Assembly (NCBI GenBank): GCA_029953675.1
Contig: JAMWBK010000003.1
Location: 1,736,001-1,800,000 of the forward strand
Direction: 5' to 3'
Length of the DNA stretch: 64,000 nucleotides
From: Rhodosorus marinus CCMP1338
Taxonomy: Eukaryota > Plantae > Rhodophyta
Below, in pieces: positions 49,423 through 61,177 of the stretch (the stretch's first letter is position 1; every line of letters starts with the position of its first letter). The notes below the pieces were generated by a model, which had not been told where the DNA came from, made no database searches, and saw nothing but the letters and a program-made list of their open reading frames with translations. A program made the position numbers and the translations under genes.

Positions 49423-51199
49423 TAGAAAATCGTCATCCTCGAAAACAGTATGTTTTCGATAGCATAAACCAAAAAAAAGAAATTTTGTTCTACACCAAAT
49501 CCCAGCTAAAAGCCTAGAAAACAGGTGCGTTTTCCTCTCTAAAAAAAAACTCGTCTAGACTTGCTCCGCAGCCAAATGTTCAAGAGACGGGCTGGAGTCG
49601 CCCATTCCCTACTAAAGCAATGAAAACTGTCCCTTTTCCCGATTTCCAAGCTTCAGCAGCGCGAGGGAATCTAGAAAAGCCCTCTCCCCATTTGACCCAA
49701 CCCCACAAATATCCACTTGTGGCCGCTCTAGGAACAGATGAGAACGAGCAGCAAAAACCAGACTTCAGGCTTCATTGGGGTTCATCTTATCCCAGACTAG
49801 AGCCAGAGATTCGATTATACTATTTCTATCGTGATGTCAGCGACAGCGCAAAACAAAATCCTTATAGAAAGCACCGTTTAACCCGCTCACTTCCAAGAAA
49901 TTAAATCTGAAGTCCAATTGTCCCTTAAACAAAATCCGCGACTAGAGGGTTCTCCGTGGCGCCAGCCTCAACAAATGCAAGATGATGACTGTTAGGCGGG
50001 TGGTATGATACTCTTCCACAGCTAGTGGTGTTGGCAAGCAAATCCGCGATTCTCGTTGACCTTGCTGATCTAGTCTTCAGCTTTTGTGGTGCTTTGCGCT
50101 GTCTGTGTGTCAGGGCATCTTTCTATGCCGTCCATAGTACGCGGATATTTTCGTCCAAGCTTTCCTCACGAGGTGTGGGGTGAGATCCCCGCAGTTCTTC
50201 CAGTTGTCCTTCGACCTACAAGCCGGTCCCACCAACCAGAAACTTGCTTTCTTCAGCTTGGGACGAGCCCCAGGGTAAAAACTGTGCGATGCCCAGTGCA
50301 TATACCGTTTCTCGAAAGATGATTTTGTCATGACATGGGGAAAGATTAAAGCTATTCCAGGCAGCGTACCCCAAAATTCGACCGTCATCATAGCCGCCGT
50401 CGTTCCGAAAAATCTATCCCAACACCAACACCACTTTCCGACAGGACCAGAGATCAGCGTTTCTGATATAAATGAAAGATATCTTAGAATGCAGACGATA
50501 GTTTTGTTAAAAATTTGCTCAGACCGATTTCTGTATCTGTTCATGCATCGCTTAGGCGACTCATAGCGACGAGTGATGCAAAAAAAAAACACACTATTTT
50601 TGTCTATATCCCGTTTAAACCCGGTAGGATACTGCTAGACTACCTTAACTACGCCATTAACCAAAACATATATATTTTGCCCAGGATTTCCCCTAAATTA
50701 TATTAGTCCAGACCCGGAATGGTCTTTGCAATAGATTGATTGACTAAATTCAATTTCATGTTGTTCTCTATTAGATTTCGTAATTATCGTAAACTTTAAG
50801 AGTTTTCTTCATCTAAATTAATTTTTTTCATTCTAATTGACGAAGTTTCCGCCGCTTACGAGCTAAAAGTATATTTTTATTTTCAATAGTTTTAGCAGGG
50901 ACAGAGAGAACTGCTTTTTAATGGACAGGCGTGAATGGAAACCTTGTGGTGCCAGCCACGGAGTGACTCTCTGGTAGGGGTGGGTTTTTGTTAGACAATT
51001 GGATTTCAGATTTCTTCGCTCCGAGGTGAGCGGCGGAGAGTGCGTGGCGTTCTATACGGTTGTTGTTTTGTTTTTTTTTGGCTTCAGCTCACCGCAGTCC
51101 TGGTGTTGGGCATGGGTCCAGAATTTTTTGCCTCAGAAGCGTATCTATATCGGTGGACGAGTGTGGAGGGAGGATATTGCACGCCAGCGCAAGTGGGTT

Positions 51200-51500
51200 C
51201 ATCCGACGAATGGTACCAGTTTGCCATCGCCGTGGGAACGAGCACCCAGAGCCGGCCAAAGCTTCACTTCCGTCGTGTAGGAGTGTAGAAGGGCATCTGT
51301 TCCAAAAAATGCAATGCGCGCAATATACTCCTCCATCCAGTTCAGTATTGGTTATGCTCTCAACGCCACTGTAACGGAGCTTACAAAATTTCGAGATTAC
51401 CGTCCCGCTTCCTCCCTCACGCAACAGTTCAGAGCTACCACGCGAGAGGGAGAGCCCACCACTGCTATGCCGACGACAAATCCCCAGCAAAGCTTTCAGT
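51200..51500 (+). mobile_element. Possible degenerate non-LTR RT fragment
   Basis: TAT GCC GAC GAC (YADD) at 51466-51477, with a GV*KG-like remnant upstream. The frames are broken. Confidence 0.4.
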
Positions 51501-52129
51501 AATCACGTGCAAGGGAGTCCGCCACCCCGATGGCGACGACATAATCCAATAGAAAACTAAAACTCGGGTTCCAGAGAATCAAAACAAGAAGAAAGTTCTG
51601 GTGGATGTGGGACAAAAAAAAAATTCACGTGCTAAAGAAAACAACCCATCAAAAGACACACGCTCCCGCTAAGGAAGTCCCTTAGCCCCCGACTAAAATA
51701 ATGATGAAGGAAGTGTCTTCATGACGTTCTTGAAATCTACAGTACCTCATAAAAAGCCCCAAACAGCACATCACGCTGTGTTTGGAGGGGGGAGTATCCA
51801 CCTTTGATCGTCAATGGATTCCTTCCGAGTAAAACTACCCAAAGTACCTTCTCCCGGCAACGAATGGATCGGAGGCACCGGATGGGAAGAAGATAACTTT
51901 TGGAGAGGTTTACTACTTAAAACACTCCGAAATGAATCTAATCTCGATGCGAAAGGTTTTCTCGCATGGATATATAGATTAGAGGGGGATTACCAAAGGT
52001 TAGTTTTCAATAAGGACGACACCACGGTTTTCTAAGCATACATGCCAACGATTAGACGCACGAGCTGGATCTGAGGGTAGTAGTGTCTGAGAGTCGCTCA
52101 TGAGCGGTCGATGAGCGGTCGATGCCTGT

Positions 52130-52390
52130 ATGGCACAACTCCTAAGCGGACTCTCACACTACTACCCTCAGATCAACAAATGGATCTCTTGTGCGGGCAG
52201 AGTTACCCCCTTCTTTACTCTACCCCTATCCATCATACCGTTCTTCGACCCGGCCCGGTATGCCGGAGTCGTTCTGCCTTTGCTCATCGTCTATCCCTTA
52301 AGCAGAATGTAACTACTCTGCCTACTACGCTATATAGAGGAGGGGGGTTGATCCCGCAAAACAACCAAACGGTCAACAGCTCCAACCTTC
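52130..52390 (+). mobile_element. Degenerate non-LTR RT fragment homologous to 48580-48700
   Basis: tactctgccta.tacgct.t.ta..gag..ggggttgatcc.gc and ggtcaaca are shared, and the mostly transition-type similarity extends ~40 bp further upstream. Confidence 0.6.
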
Positions 52391-54459
52391 CCGCCCCTAA
52401 AAGGCAACCCACCGCCGAACCGCGTCTGCCCGCCCCAAGAGTCCCTAATCAGATCCGCAACTCCCGCCCAAACACCCTCTCAAAATAACTTTTATTCATA
52501 AAAGTTCTAACCATTAAGGTACGCCCAAAATTCCCCAAACAATCGAAGAGGACCCAGAATATCCTACTTTTTTCTACTTGAAAACCATATCACGCCTACA
52601 AAGTTCGTTTCGTAAAAATTACTCTACTTCATGACCAATATGTTCAACAAGGAAATGATTTGATCTACATAATTAATTTCATAATTCAATATTGTTGGTC
52701 ATTGGGCAAAAAGGCAAATCTTGCTTTCAAAAATGTACGAAGCCGGGCTAGAATAAAAACGGGGCTTTTGGACGGTTTAGCACCGAAATTAGGATTCATA
52801 TTCTCAAATTTTCTTTAAAATCGGGTACCGCGTCACGCTATCAGATTCTTGAAAAAACTAAATGGAAACTGTCTTGGTCTATGTGGATCCCGTTTGTTTC
52901 TTTTCTATATGAAGAGCACGGAGCCATTCAATCAACTCAATCATATCAGCTTTTACTCTTTTATCTGCTAACACTCTAGAGGGGAAGGTTTCGGATGCAA
53001 TTCGAAGTTTCTTGTTGTTTTTTTTTGTGCTGGTTGGCATTTACGAAATCTTCATATGGCCCTAGATTAATTTTTAGCATTTAGTCTAAAGTCTCCACAA
53101 CTATGTTCTCTGCTGGAGACTAGATAACTTTGGATAGTTTGGATCCATTCGGTTATTCAACGGGAAAAAGACGATTTTGTTTGGAAAACGACCAGCGATA
53201 AAACTTGACAAGAGGCGAGGATATTGCTTCTCGATCCATCTGCAGAGTGAGAGTAAGAGTGAAGAAGTATGGAAGGTATGCACCACCAGAACTAGTTTAC
53301 ACACTTTTCGGTCGTCCCCTTTCGCTCTCGCAGGACACCAACAAGGGAGGGTCCATTCGCTCTCCAGTAACTGAGAACAACTAGCCTAATTTCGACCAGC
53401 AGATAGTGCTTGCGACGCTGACCTGATCTGGGCAACATTTCGCTTTTCATCAATCGTTTTATAAAATTTTCGATGGCTTGTTTGTCCCACGACCTTCAGA
53501 CCTTCATGGGAAGTGGTGGTCTCAGGTAATCATTTAAGAAACTTAAAGATCTTGTCAGTCCCGATCAAGTCCCACGCTGACGTCAAAAAAACCGGGACTG
53601 ATTTATAGAATTTCAATTTTTGCTTTTCTGCACGACCCGACGAGAGGCTTTTTCATCGTTGAAGACAAAATCCAGCACGAGGGGTTTACCTCCCGTTGAT
53701 GAGAAGCACTCCAAATAGGATAGTCACAAGCGGTCTAATAAATTTTCCCTCGGATTGAGTATTGAATAAATGTAGAAAATTATAGTTTGGGTGGCTTGGA
53801 ATCTTATGAAATACTTGTCTGATTAATTGTCCGCTAGACTAGTAGTCAATCATCTCTGGTCTGTAATTCCCATATGTTGAATCATGGTTACTTCTGAGAT
53901 AGACAGGCTGTCCTAAAAATCTAGCAGTTTCTCAGAATGCTCAGATTCAGAAAGTTGGTGCGAGTGGTAATCCTCGGGGGGTGGGGAAAGAGAAGATTTC
54001 TATCGGTCAATCTAACTCTACCGTTGTTGCCCGTTCGAAATGCTCCACCCCGCATTTCTTTGAGCGGTCTTGACTTCGCCCCAATGTTCTGGGCCAGCCC
54101 CGCAGAGTACATCTCCAACACGACTTCAACTCTCGCAGAGTTTATGCTTCTGGGTACGCAGTCAAAAGCTTTTATACAACCAATACCACAGACGCACCTG
54201 GAAACTCTCCGTCTGGAGTTCGTGTGACGGGGTTGCTACTCTCAGTGTCACAGTGGGTCAGTATTGCTGACTGGTCGTGGCTGGCGCTAGTGGATCGTGA
54301 TTTGGGTTTAGGAGAAGGGGCCTTTTCTTGGTTCCGGAGGGTATTCTTGCTGGTTCGAGGGTAGACTGGCGTAAGATTACCTTCTCTAGGGCTCTGTCGA
54401 GCTTCCGAGTTTCCCGAAGCAGGGTGAATTCCAACCAATCAAAATCGTTGATTGAGTAA

Positions 54460-54508
54460 TATCGGACGTCAATCGGTCGTATCGGACGTCAATCGGTCGT
54501 ATCGGACG
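54460..54508. repeat. 20-bp tandem repeat x2.4 (TATCGGACGTCAATCGGTCG)
   Basis: Exact copies at 54460, 54480 and a partial copy at 54500. Confidence 0.95.
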
Positions 54509-54609
54509 ATCTTCTATATTAATTTCTAATTCAGGAGATAGAAACTTATATCAGACGCAAACCAGAAGACTATTGAAAATAATTATTCAAAAATTCATGC
54601 TTTAGCTAT

Positions 54610-54651
54610 TTATATATCTGTGTCCGATAAATATCGGACACAGATATATAA
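54610..54651. repeat. Perfect 20-bp-stem hairpin with a 2-nt loop
   Basis: TTATATATCTGTGTCCGATA-AA-TATCGGACACAGATATATAA. Confidence 0.95.
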
Positions 54652-55549
54652 GTCCAGACTTTTTTTGCCAGCGGCATGGATATGACAACCCTAGACCAAG
54701 CACCTAAACCCCACAAACGCCAAAAAAATATATATATATATCCAACAACGTCTCCTAACGAGGTGAAAACCCGAACATTTCTTTTCAACACATGCCGCGG
54801 CCCACGAGCGAAATAATTTTTAATTCTTTTTTTCAACCTCCTAAAAACAACGTCAAACATAGTCAAGACTAGACCCACTCTTTTTCGTTCAAAATACCAT
54901 ATTTTCTGTGATGTCCTTTTTCTTCCAAAAACCAAACTATGGGACACCCGTTCTGCCTCAAAAAAAAGGAGAAAAAAATCGTGTCTTGAAGACTATTGGA
55001 TTTGCCGGGAGGGTTGGGCCGGTGGGAAAAGGGGGGGGTGGGCCGCGGAAAAAAAAAGTTTCCCAAAAGGCCCCAATAAGCACAACTTGAATGTCTTGGG
55101 ATGTGCCAATTAAAATAGGAAGTCATTTGTTTCTAATATTTTTTGGGAATGGATTTTGCTTTCTGAAAGAATCGGGAGAATCTGTGACCAGAAATCCGGG
55201 CGGGCCCACCGGTGGGAGGAGGATCGGGAGACTTGGTTGCCGAGGCAGTTGGGGGAAATGGGGGTAAAATTTTTTTTTACGTTTTCTGGAGTAGAGAATA
55301 GGAAGGAGAATCTGGAAAAAGAACATTTGCAGGGTTGGTGGTGGGGGACTAAGGTTGGGAGGTGGGGAGGGTTAGTCGTTTCTTTTGTTGGAGGAGGTGC
55401 TCGTGGGAGGAGTTCTCGTAAGTGAGCTCAAAGTGGAGTAAGTTTGGAGTGGAGTAAGTTTGGTTGTAGTCTGTTGGTTGTGGGGGGGGAGGGGCGCGGT
55501 GGGGCCTGCAATTTCTGAGGAGGGTTTTGGGCTAGGCTCGTGGGGCAGG

Positions 55550-57093
55550 ATGGAGAATTTTGCGGACGAAGCGGTTGAGTGGAAGGGCGATGACATACTT
55601 TGTGATACTGTGGACAAGGTCTGGTTTACTAATTCCGGTGATGGAAGGAGGGTAAGGGCTTTAGAATTGTCCATGTCACGTGTACGAGGAAGTCTGGGCA
55701 GATATGTACTGAGTATCGTAGAGGAGCTGACCAGGTTTTCTGTTGTGTCTTTTCTCCGTAGATTGAACTGCACGGAATCAGTCAGAAGTTCCTGGAATCT
55801 GTCGCAGTTCGAGACTTGAAACTCAACTTTAACGGTTATCTTGTGAACGTCACAAGAGTGGACCCAACCAAATGCACGGTTGAATTTGACCCGGAGGCGC
55901 TCCCTACAAATCTAGACATGGACCAGATTCCTGTGAATGTTGTTATTCGGGGGCAGCATATGGACTCGAAATGGGATTACAATCACACCACGGCGGTCGG
56001 GCAGGCTGAGCCAGATCTCCCTGACGCGTCAGGAGCCGACAAGAAGTTGAGTACAGAAGTGGCGAATAAGCAGGAGATGTTTCTGAGACGGCTCCGGGGC
56101 GAGGGGCATATGGGCTACCTGCTTCTGGAGCAGTGTTTGGCCGAGTTACTGGGAACCATGATCATCGTGGTCTTTGGAGTAGGTTCCGTATGCACTGCAG
56201 TCCTTACGGAGGCGCAAGTGGGAATTTGGCAAATCGCAGTTGTATGGGGCTTCGGAGTCGCGTTTGCTATTTACACGACTGCATCGATTTCCGGTGCTCA
56301 CCTTAACCCAGCGGTGAGCTTCACCTGCATTCCTCTTTGATCTCATATGTCTGTTGCTGATAGGCTCTTCATGCTCGTCGGTTGAGCTTCCGCAGGTCTC
56401 GCTAGCTTTTGCAATGTTCAGGCCGCTTGACTTCCATTGGAAGAGGCTTGTTCCTTACTGGATAGCACAGATCCTGGGCGGCATGCTGGGTGGAGCTATA
56501 AACTTGGGTATCTTTAGAAAATGGTACGATCTCAAAGACCCAAACCGGGATACGCTTTTGTACGCTTCGACGTTTGGGGAGTATTTTCCGAACCCGGGCT
56601 TGTGGCCCGACCCGGAGGATCAGAGCCTGATGTACGTCGCGGAATGTATGGCTGTTGAAGCCTGGGGAGCCGGGATTTTGATGTTTATGATTCTCGTCTT
56701 TACCGACCCAAGGAACCAAGCCCTGAAGTCGAAGGACGCGGCTCCGTTCTTAATTGGGTTCACTGTCGCATCGTTAATATCTCTTTACGCCCCATTGCAG
56801 CAGGCAGGGTAAGTTGCTCCTGCTCAAGCTGGATTCACAGTCCCGCGACGATTCCTGGCGCTGACTCTGATAGAGGTGTTCATCCATGACTTTCCCTTAT
56901 TCTCTGTAGGTGGAATCCGGCGCGCGACTTTGGCCCGCGAATTATCGCCGCAATTGCCGGGTATGGGACGATGGCTATCCCGGGACCTCGAAATGGGTTT
57001 TGGGCATATATTGTAGGCCCGCTTATTGGGGCTCCTCTAGGAGCTCTCGTGTACGATGTCATCCTTGCAAGAGGCTTGCGAAAGTATGACTAG
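55550..57093 (+). CDS. Aquaglyceroporin (MIP family, GlpF/AQP3-like) with a long N-terminal extension, multi-exon
   Basis: CLAELLGTMIIVVFG, SGAHLNPAVS, and a second box WNPARDFGPR. The Asp after the second NPA is the aquaglyceroporin signature. WAYIVGPLIGA follows. Confidence 0.93.
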
Positions 57094-57340
57094 TCATATC
57101 AACTTTTTTCGTTTGTGCGGTAGTGATAAAAGTATCAACTGAGTATTCAAGAAGCCAAAGGCCGGTGCTATCTTTCTATTGCCGTCGCAGAGTTGAGGCC
57201 AGCAATTTCCACTTTACACTAGAATCTTTTGCAGGACAAAACGAATGGAAACCAAGCCAGCCCACATATTTTCTGAAGTTGTGGCTTCTCAGCCCGACGA
57301 ACCCTGGTCCTCTCAATACTAAATTGGTTTGCACTCCATT

Positions 57341-58391
57341 CTACGATACAGTGGCCTTCATCACCTCCTTAATAACTCCGGTCATCGAGGCCACTCCGAC
57401 AACCTTGTTCTCTTCGTCAATAACCCAGATGCGGTGTGCGCCTGAATATGCCAATGGGAGCATGATCTCACCGAATCTGGCGTCAGGTTTGAGGCTCAGG
57501 GGCCTTCCGGCGCCTCGAGCCTCCTCATCCTCGAGGAAGGTCATCGCCTCCAGGAAAAGATCTACCAGCATTAGCGTGGAAACACCTTTCAGATCGGACT
57601 GAGAAAACGTTCCCGCGAGTTCACCCTTTCCGTTCAGGAGCGGAACAGCCGTCATGTCGTGCTTCTCTAGAGTCCGGAGAATCTCAATAGTCTACACGTG
57701 AAGAATACAATGTATGAGAATTCGAAGCAATAAGGTCAAACCAATCTTCGATGTATCTCACCGGCGTTGTCGTTTTGGCATGGACAATGTTGGGCATCAA
57801 GTATCCGAGCTGATCTCCCGTCTTCACCATGAGATCCTCTGGAATGGAGGACGGGTTATCCTCCATGAACTTGAGCATGTCATGTTGGCTGAACATATAT
57901 TCAGCAGCGCCTTCTTCATCTGTGACGAGAACCTTATGCTTACCAGCAGAGAACTCCACCATCACCTAGCCGACCAAGTGAGGGCAAGAGTCAGGACAAC
58001 CATGAGCTAAATTGAGCATGGATACAGTGTTCGTTCTGAGGAATCGTACCCCAACAATGGAATCGGTCTTCTTGAAAATAGGCAGCCTATATCTCCTCAG
58101 GCCCTCGGCGACGACGTTGGCAACTGGCTCTTTCAATGCGGGCACATCCTCCGGGAGGAGAGACCCAGGACAATCCGCCGGCAGTTTACCCAACACAGCA
58201 TAGCTAATAAGGTCGAAAACGGACAATAAAGCACAATACTCCCCTTTATCATTCTTGACTGGGGCAACCGCGAGTTTCTCGTTATCCAACCAATCCAAAG
58301 CGGCTCCGATCTCCATCGTAGATTCAAAGAAATTCAACGGAACCCTCGTTCCCGAACTCTCCGCCACCTCAGATATGCTTAACTTGTCCAT
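57341..58391 (-). CDS. CBS-domain protein (AMPK-gamma/SDS23-like, probably four CBS repeats), 3 exons
   Basis: LAVAPVKNDKGEYCALLSVFDL, HKVLVTD...FSQHDML, TAVPLLNGKGELAGTFSQSDL, HRIWVIDEENKVVGVASMTGVI. Confidence 0.88.
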
Positions 58392-59917
58392 CACGCCACC
58401 CTAATTTTCTTCGTCTTCTTCTCTGTCTCTGTCTAAAAAAAATTCGGTATTCCTTCTTCGATAACAATCAATTCCTCATGCAATATTAGAAACATCCACT
58501 CCCAACCAACCCCTCCCCCTCCCCCTCCCTCCCCCGCTCCCGCCCCCCCTTCTCCCTCCCCACCTAAAACCTTAAACCTATTCCTTTTCAACTCTATCAC
58601 CCGATCCACTTCGAGATTTAGTCATGTATCTATCTTGCCCTTCTCGCCACCGTCCAAACCTCCCACACCGCCTCCGCCCTCGAAAAGAAAACGAAAAAAC
58701 CGCTTACCTTACCCGTCTTAAAACAACCAAAAAACCAAAAAACCTAACCTTGATAAAAACTAATGAAAAGATAGTTTCCAACGCTATCTTGTCCATTTTC
58801 TTAATAATTGCAATAAATGATCTCGATTCCAGAGGTTTGGAAAACATAATTTTAGTCCTAAGATCGGACTATTTTGTTTTTAATACTAACAAATATCTTT
58901 CTAGGGTCGGAGGTCCAAGGGGGGGAGGGGGAGAGGGAATAGGCGGAATGTATTGTTGAAGAGTTTCACGGCCATCGTTCTCCAGAAAATCAATCAATTA
59001 TACATTGTTGTTTTTAGTTTATTTGAAATGCATTCAATCAACATATGATCTTTTCTTCAGTGACGGAATTGAACATAGGGGGTGTCGAAAAAAATGGGAC
59101 TTGTAATTGAACATTTTTGGCAAGGGGTTGTGATAGTTTCTTAATGTAGATAGATGATACAATACCAAATAAATAGTATTTTTTTATGACGTGAGTATCT
59201 GGAAAGGGCATGTTGTGCCAGGGGTTTGACAATACTCGAACTTGGATTCTACGTGTATTCTGTACCCCCTCTAAAAGAGGGAGTTCTGTTTGACTTGAAA
59301 TATTTAAGATCTTGGATGGATCTATTATGGATTAAAATTCATTTAGAAAGGAACAGATGAATTTTGATGAAATTCAATTTTTGTTTTTTGGTTTGGATTA
59401 CGTTGGACTGGGATAATCGGGATCGCCGAGCGGCATTGGTTACGTGACGATGATGAGGGCGTGGCCTCGACCAGAGAAGAAGACAAACGTGAGAGCTCAC
59501 TTGACTGGACTTTACCGGCGTATCCTCAAGTCCAGCACTAGTTAGAGTTTTGTCTGTGAAGAAGAACGCTACTTTTTGAGCCGCCGTTGTTCCGAGTTTT
59601 CCGCTCGTACGCTTTCATACGGATCTATCCGGAGTAAAACGACGAGCTCTCTTGACTGGTGTTGTCTATGAATTCATTGGCAAACCGTGCTTCCGCCCCG
59701 TTCTCAGAGCAGTGGACCAAACACAAAGAGCTTCAAAGGTTTTCAGGAGCTTTTTCATTGTCCGAATGCTTTTTTAGGACAACCGCACGGACGCCCTTAA
59801 CATGCAGCGGGAAGGAGACAATGAAGCTGTTCTAATGCTGTTCTAAAGCTGACGAGGAGAGAGGCAGAGAGAGAAAGAGAGCAAGAGCGAGAGACAATTA
59901 TCTAAGACCTGGAGAAA

Positions 59918-61177
59918 TTGGAAGAATGGTGCTTGCAGCGAGGAGTCAGCATAGGCAAAGTGCGCGTAAGCCACTTTCCTATCACTGGGAGGGGAATGGC
60001 TGCAACTGGAACCATACAACCTGGGGATGTGCTTCTGTCAGTACCCCTTTCTGCGATCTTCTCACATCATGAGCTATGCGAAGGTAGTGGACCTGTCGAG
60101 CTTGCACCGGCGTATGCGTTGTTAGTGGCGATTCTGCTCGAGTCCCGCAAAGGTCGAAAATCAGCTTGGTATGAGTATCTGAGGCTCCTTCCCGAACAGG
60201 AACACATTCTAGCAACTTGGAAGATGCAAGATATCGCACTACTTCAAGACGCGAAGCTGTTTGAGAGCGCCATGGCGGGGAAGCGCAAGTGGAAGGAAGT
60301 GCTCTCTACATGTCAGCAGGCAGTTCCCAACTACTCGAAAGACTTCACCGTAGATGACATAGCTTGGGCTTGGTCTATTGCAGCTTCTAGGAGTGCCTAC
60401 ATGGAAAAGAAGGCTTGGAAAGAGTTGGAACACAGTCGAAAGCCCTCGAGGAATAGCCACTCCGAGCGTGGTCCGGGATGTACGTATGATGGCGCCGGAG
60501 TTGGCGTTCTGATTCCCCTACTAGATATGTTCAACCATAGTTGTCGACCCGTGTCGACAGCTGGGTATAATCCCGAAAGCGATTCGTACGATTTGATTGC
60601 TGATGCGGCATACGCTGAAGGGGAACAGGTCTTTATTCATTACGGACCGCTTTCTAACAGAGAGCTGGTAGAGCACTGGGGGTTCACGTTGGAGGATAAC
60701 CCTCATGATTCCATTATCCTCTCGATGTCCGAGATTACGCGAGTTGAAAGCACCACCCTGACTCAACCAGAATTGATAAGCGCGGCCCGGATCCTTGGTA
60801 TTGAGAATCCGCTCTGTGCGGATGCCTCATACACTGTTGGGATTGCCCAGGCTAAGGCGTCATTCTGGGATTCAGTACCGTGGCAGCTGACCACTAGCTT
60901 GCAGCTTTCAGCTCTGGAGGCTCGAATTTGTGATTGTGAACATGTCGATCTCGTCGAGACGCTCGCGAATGGAGTAGTGGCATGTGCATGCATAGAGAAG
61001 CTGTGCATATCCCAGCTTAGAGATGCTCTTTTGGACAGGCATACTCGCCTCCAGGCGTCAATCACTAGGGCCAGCACTGCCGCAGCTTCCGATCATGTCA
61101 AAACCGCGGCAACAAGCTACTTAATCAGTCAGGACTGCATCGTGCAGAGCATTCTGCGCACGTTGACTGGGATTTGA
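59918..61177 (+). CDS. SET-domain (SETD3/SETD4/LSMT-like) methyltransferase; one long exon, 5' end unresolved
   Basis: TGRGMAAT, LLSVP, WYEYLRLLP, WAWSIAASRS, LIPLLDMFNHS, EQVFIHYGPLSNRELVEHWGFTLEDNPHD. Confidence 0.9.
   Translation: MEEWCLQRGVSIGKVRVSHFPITGRGMAATGTIQPGDVLLSVPLSAIFSHHELCEGSGPVELAPAYALLVAILLESRKGRKSAWYEYLRLLPEQEHILATWKMQDIALLQDAKLFESAMAGKRKWKEVLSTCQQAVPNYSKDFTVDDIAWAWSIAASRSAYMEKKAWKELEHSRKPSRNSHSERGPGCTYDGAGVGVLIPLLDMFNHSCRPVSTAGYNPESDSYDLIADAAYAEGEQVFIHYGPLSNRELVEHWGFTLEDNPHDSIILSMSEITRVESTTLTQPELISAARILGIENPLCADASYTVGIAQAKASFWDSVPWQLTTSLQLSALEARICDCEHVDLVETLANGVVACACIEKLCISQLRDALLDRHTRLQASITRASTAAASDHVKTAATSYLISQDCIVQSILRTLTGI

Noticed and set aside
50110-50592. 160-aa minus-strand ORF
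   Set aside because: It has no recognisable domain and lies within TE debris.
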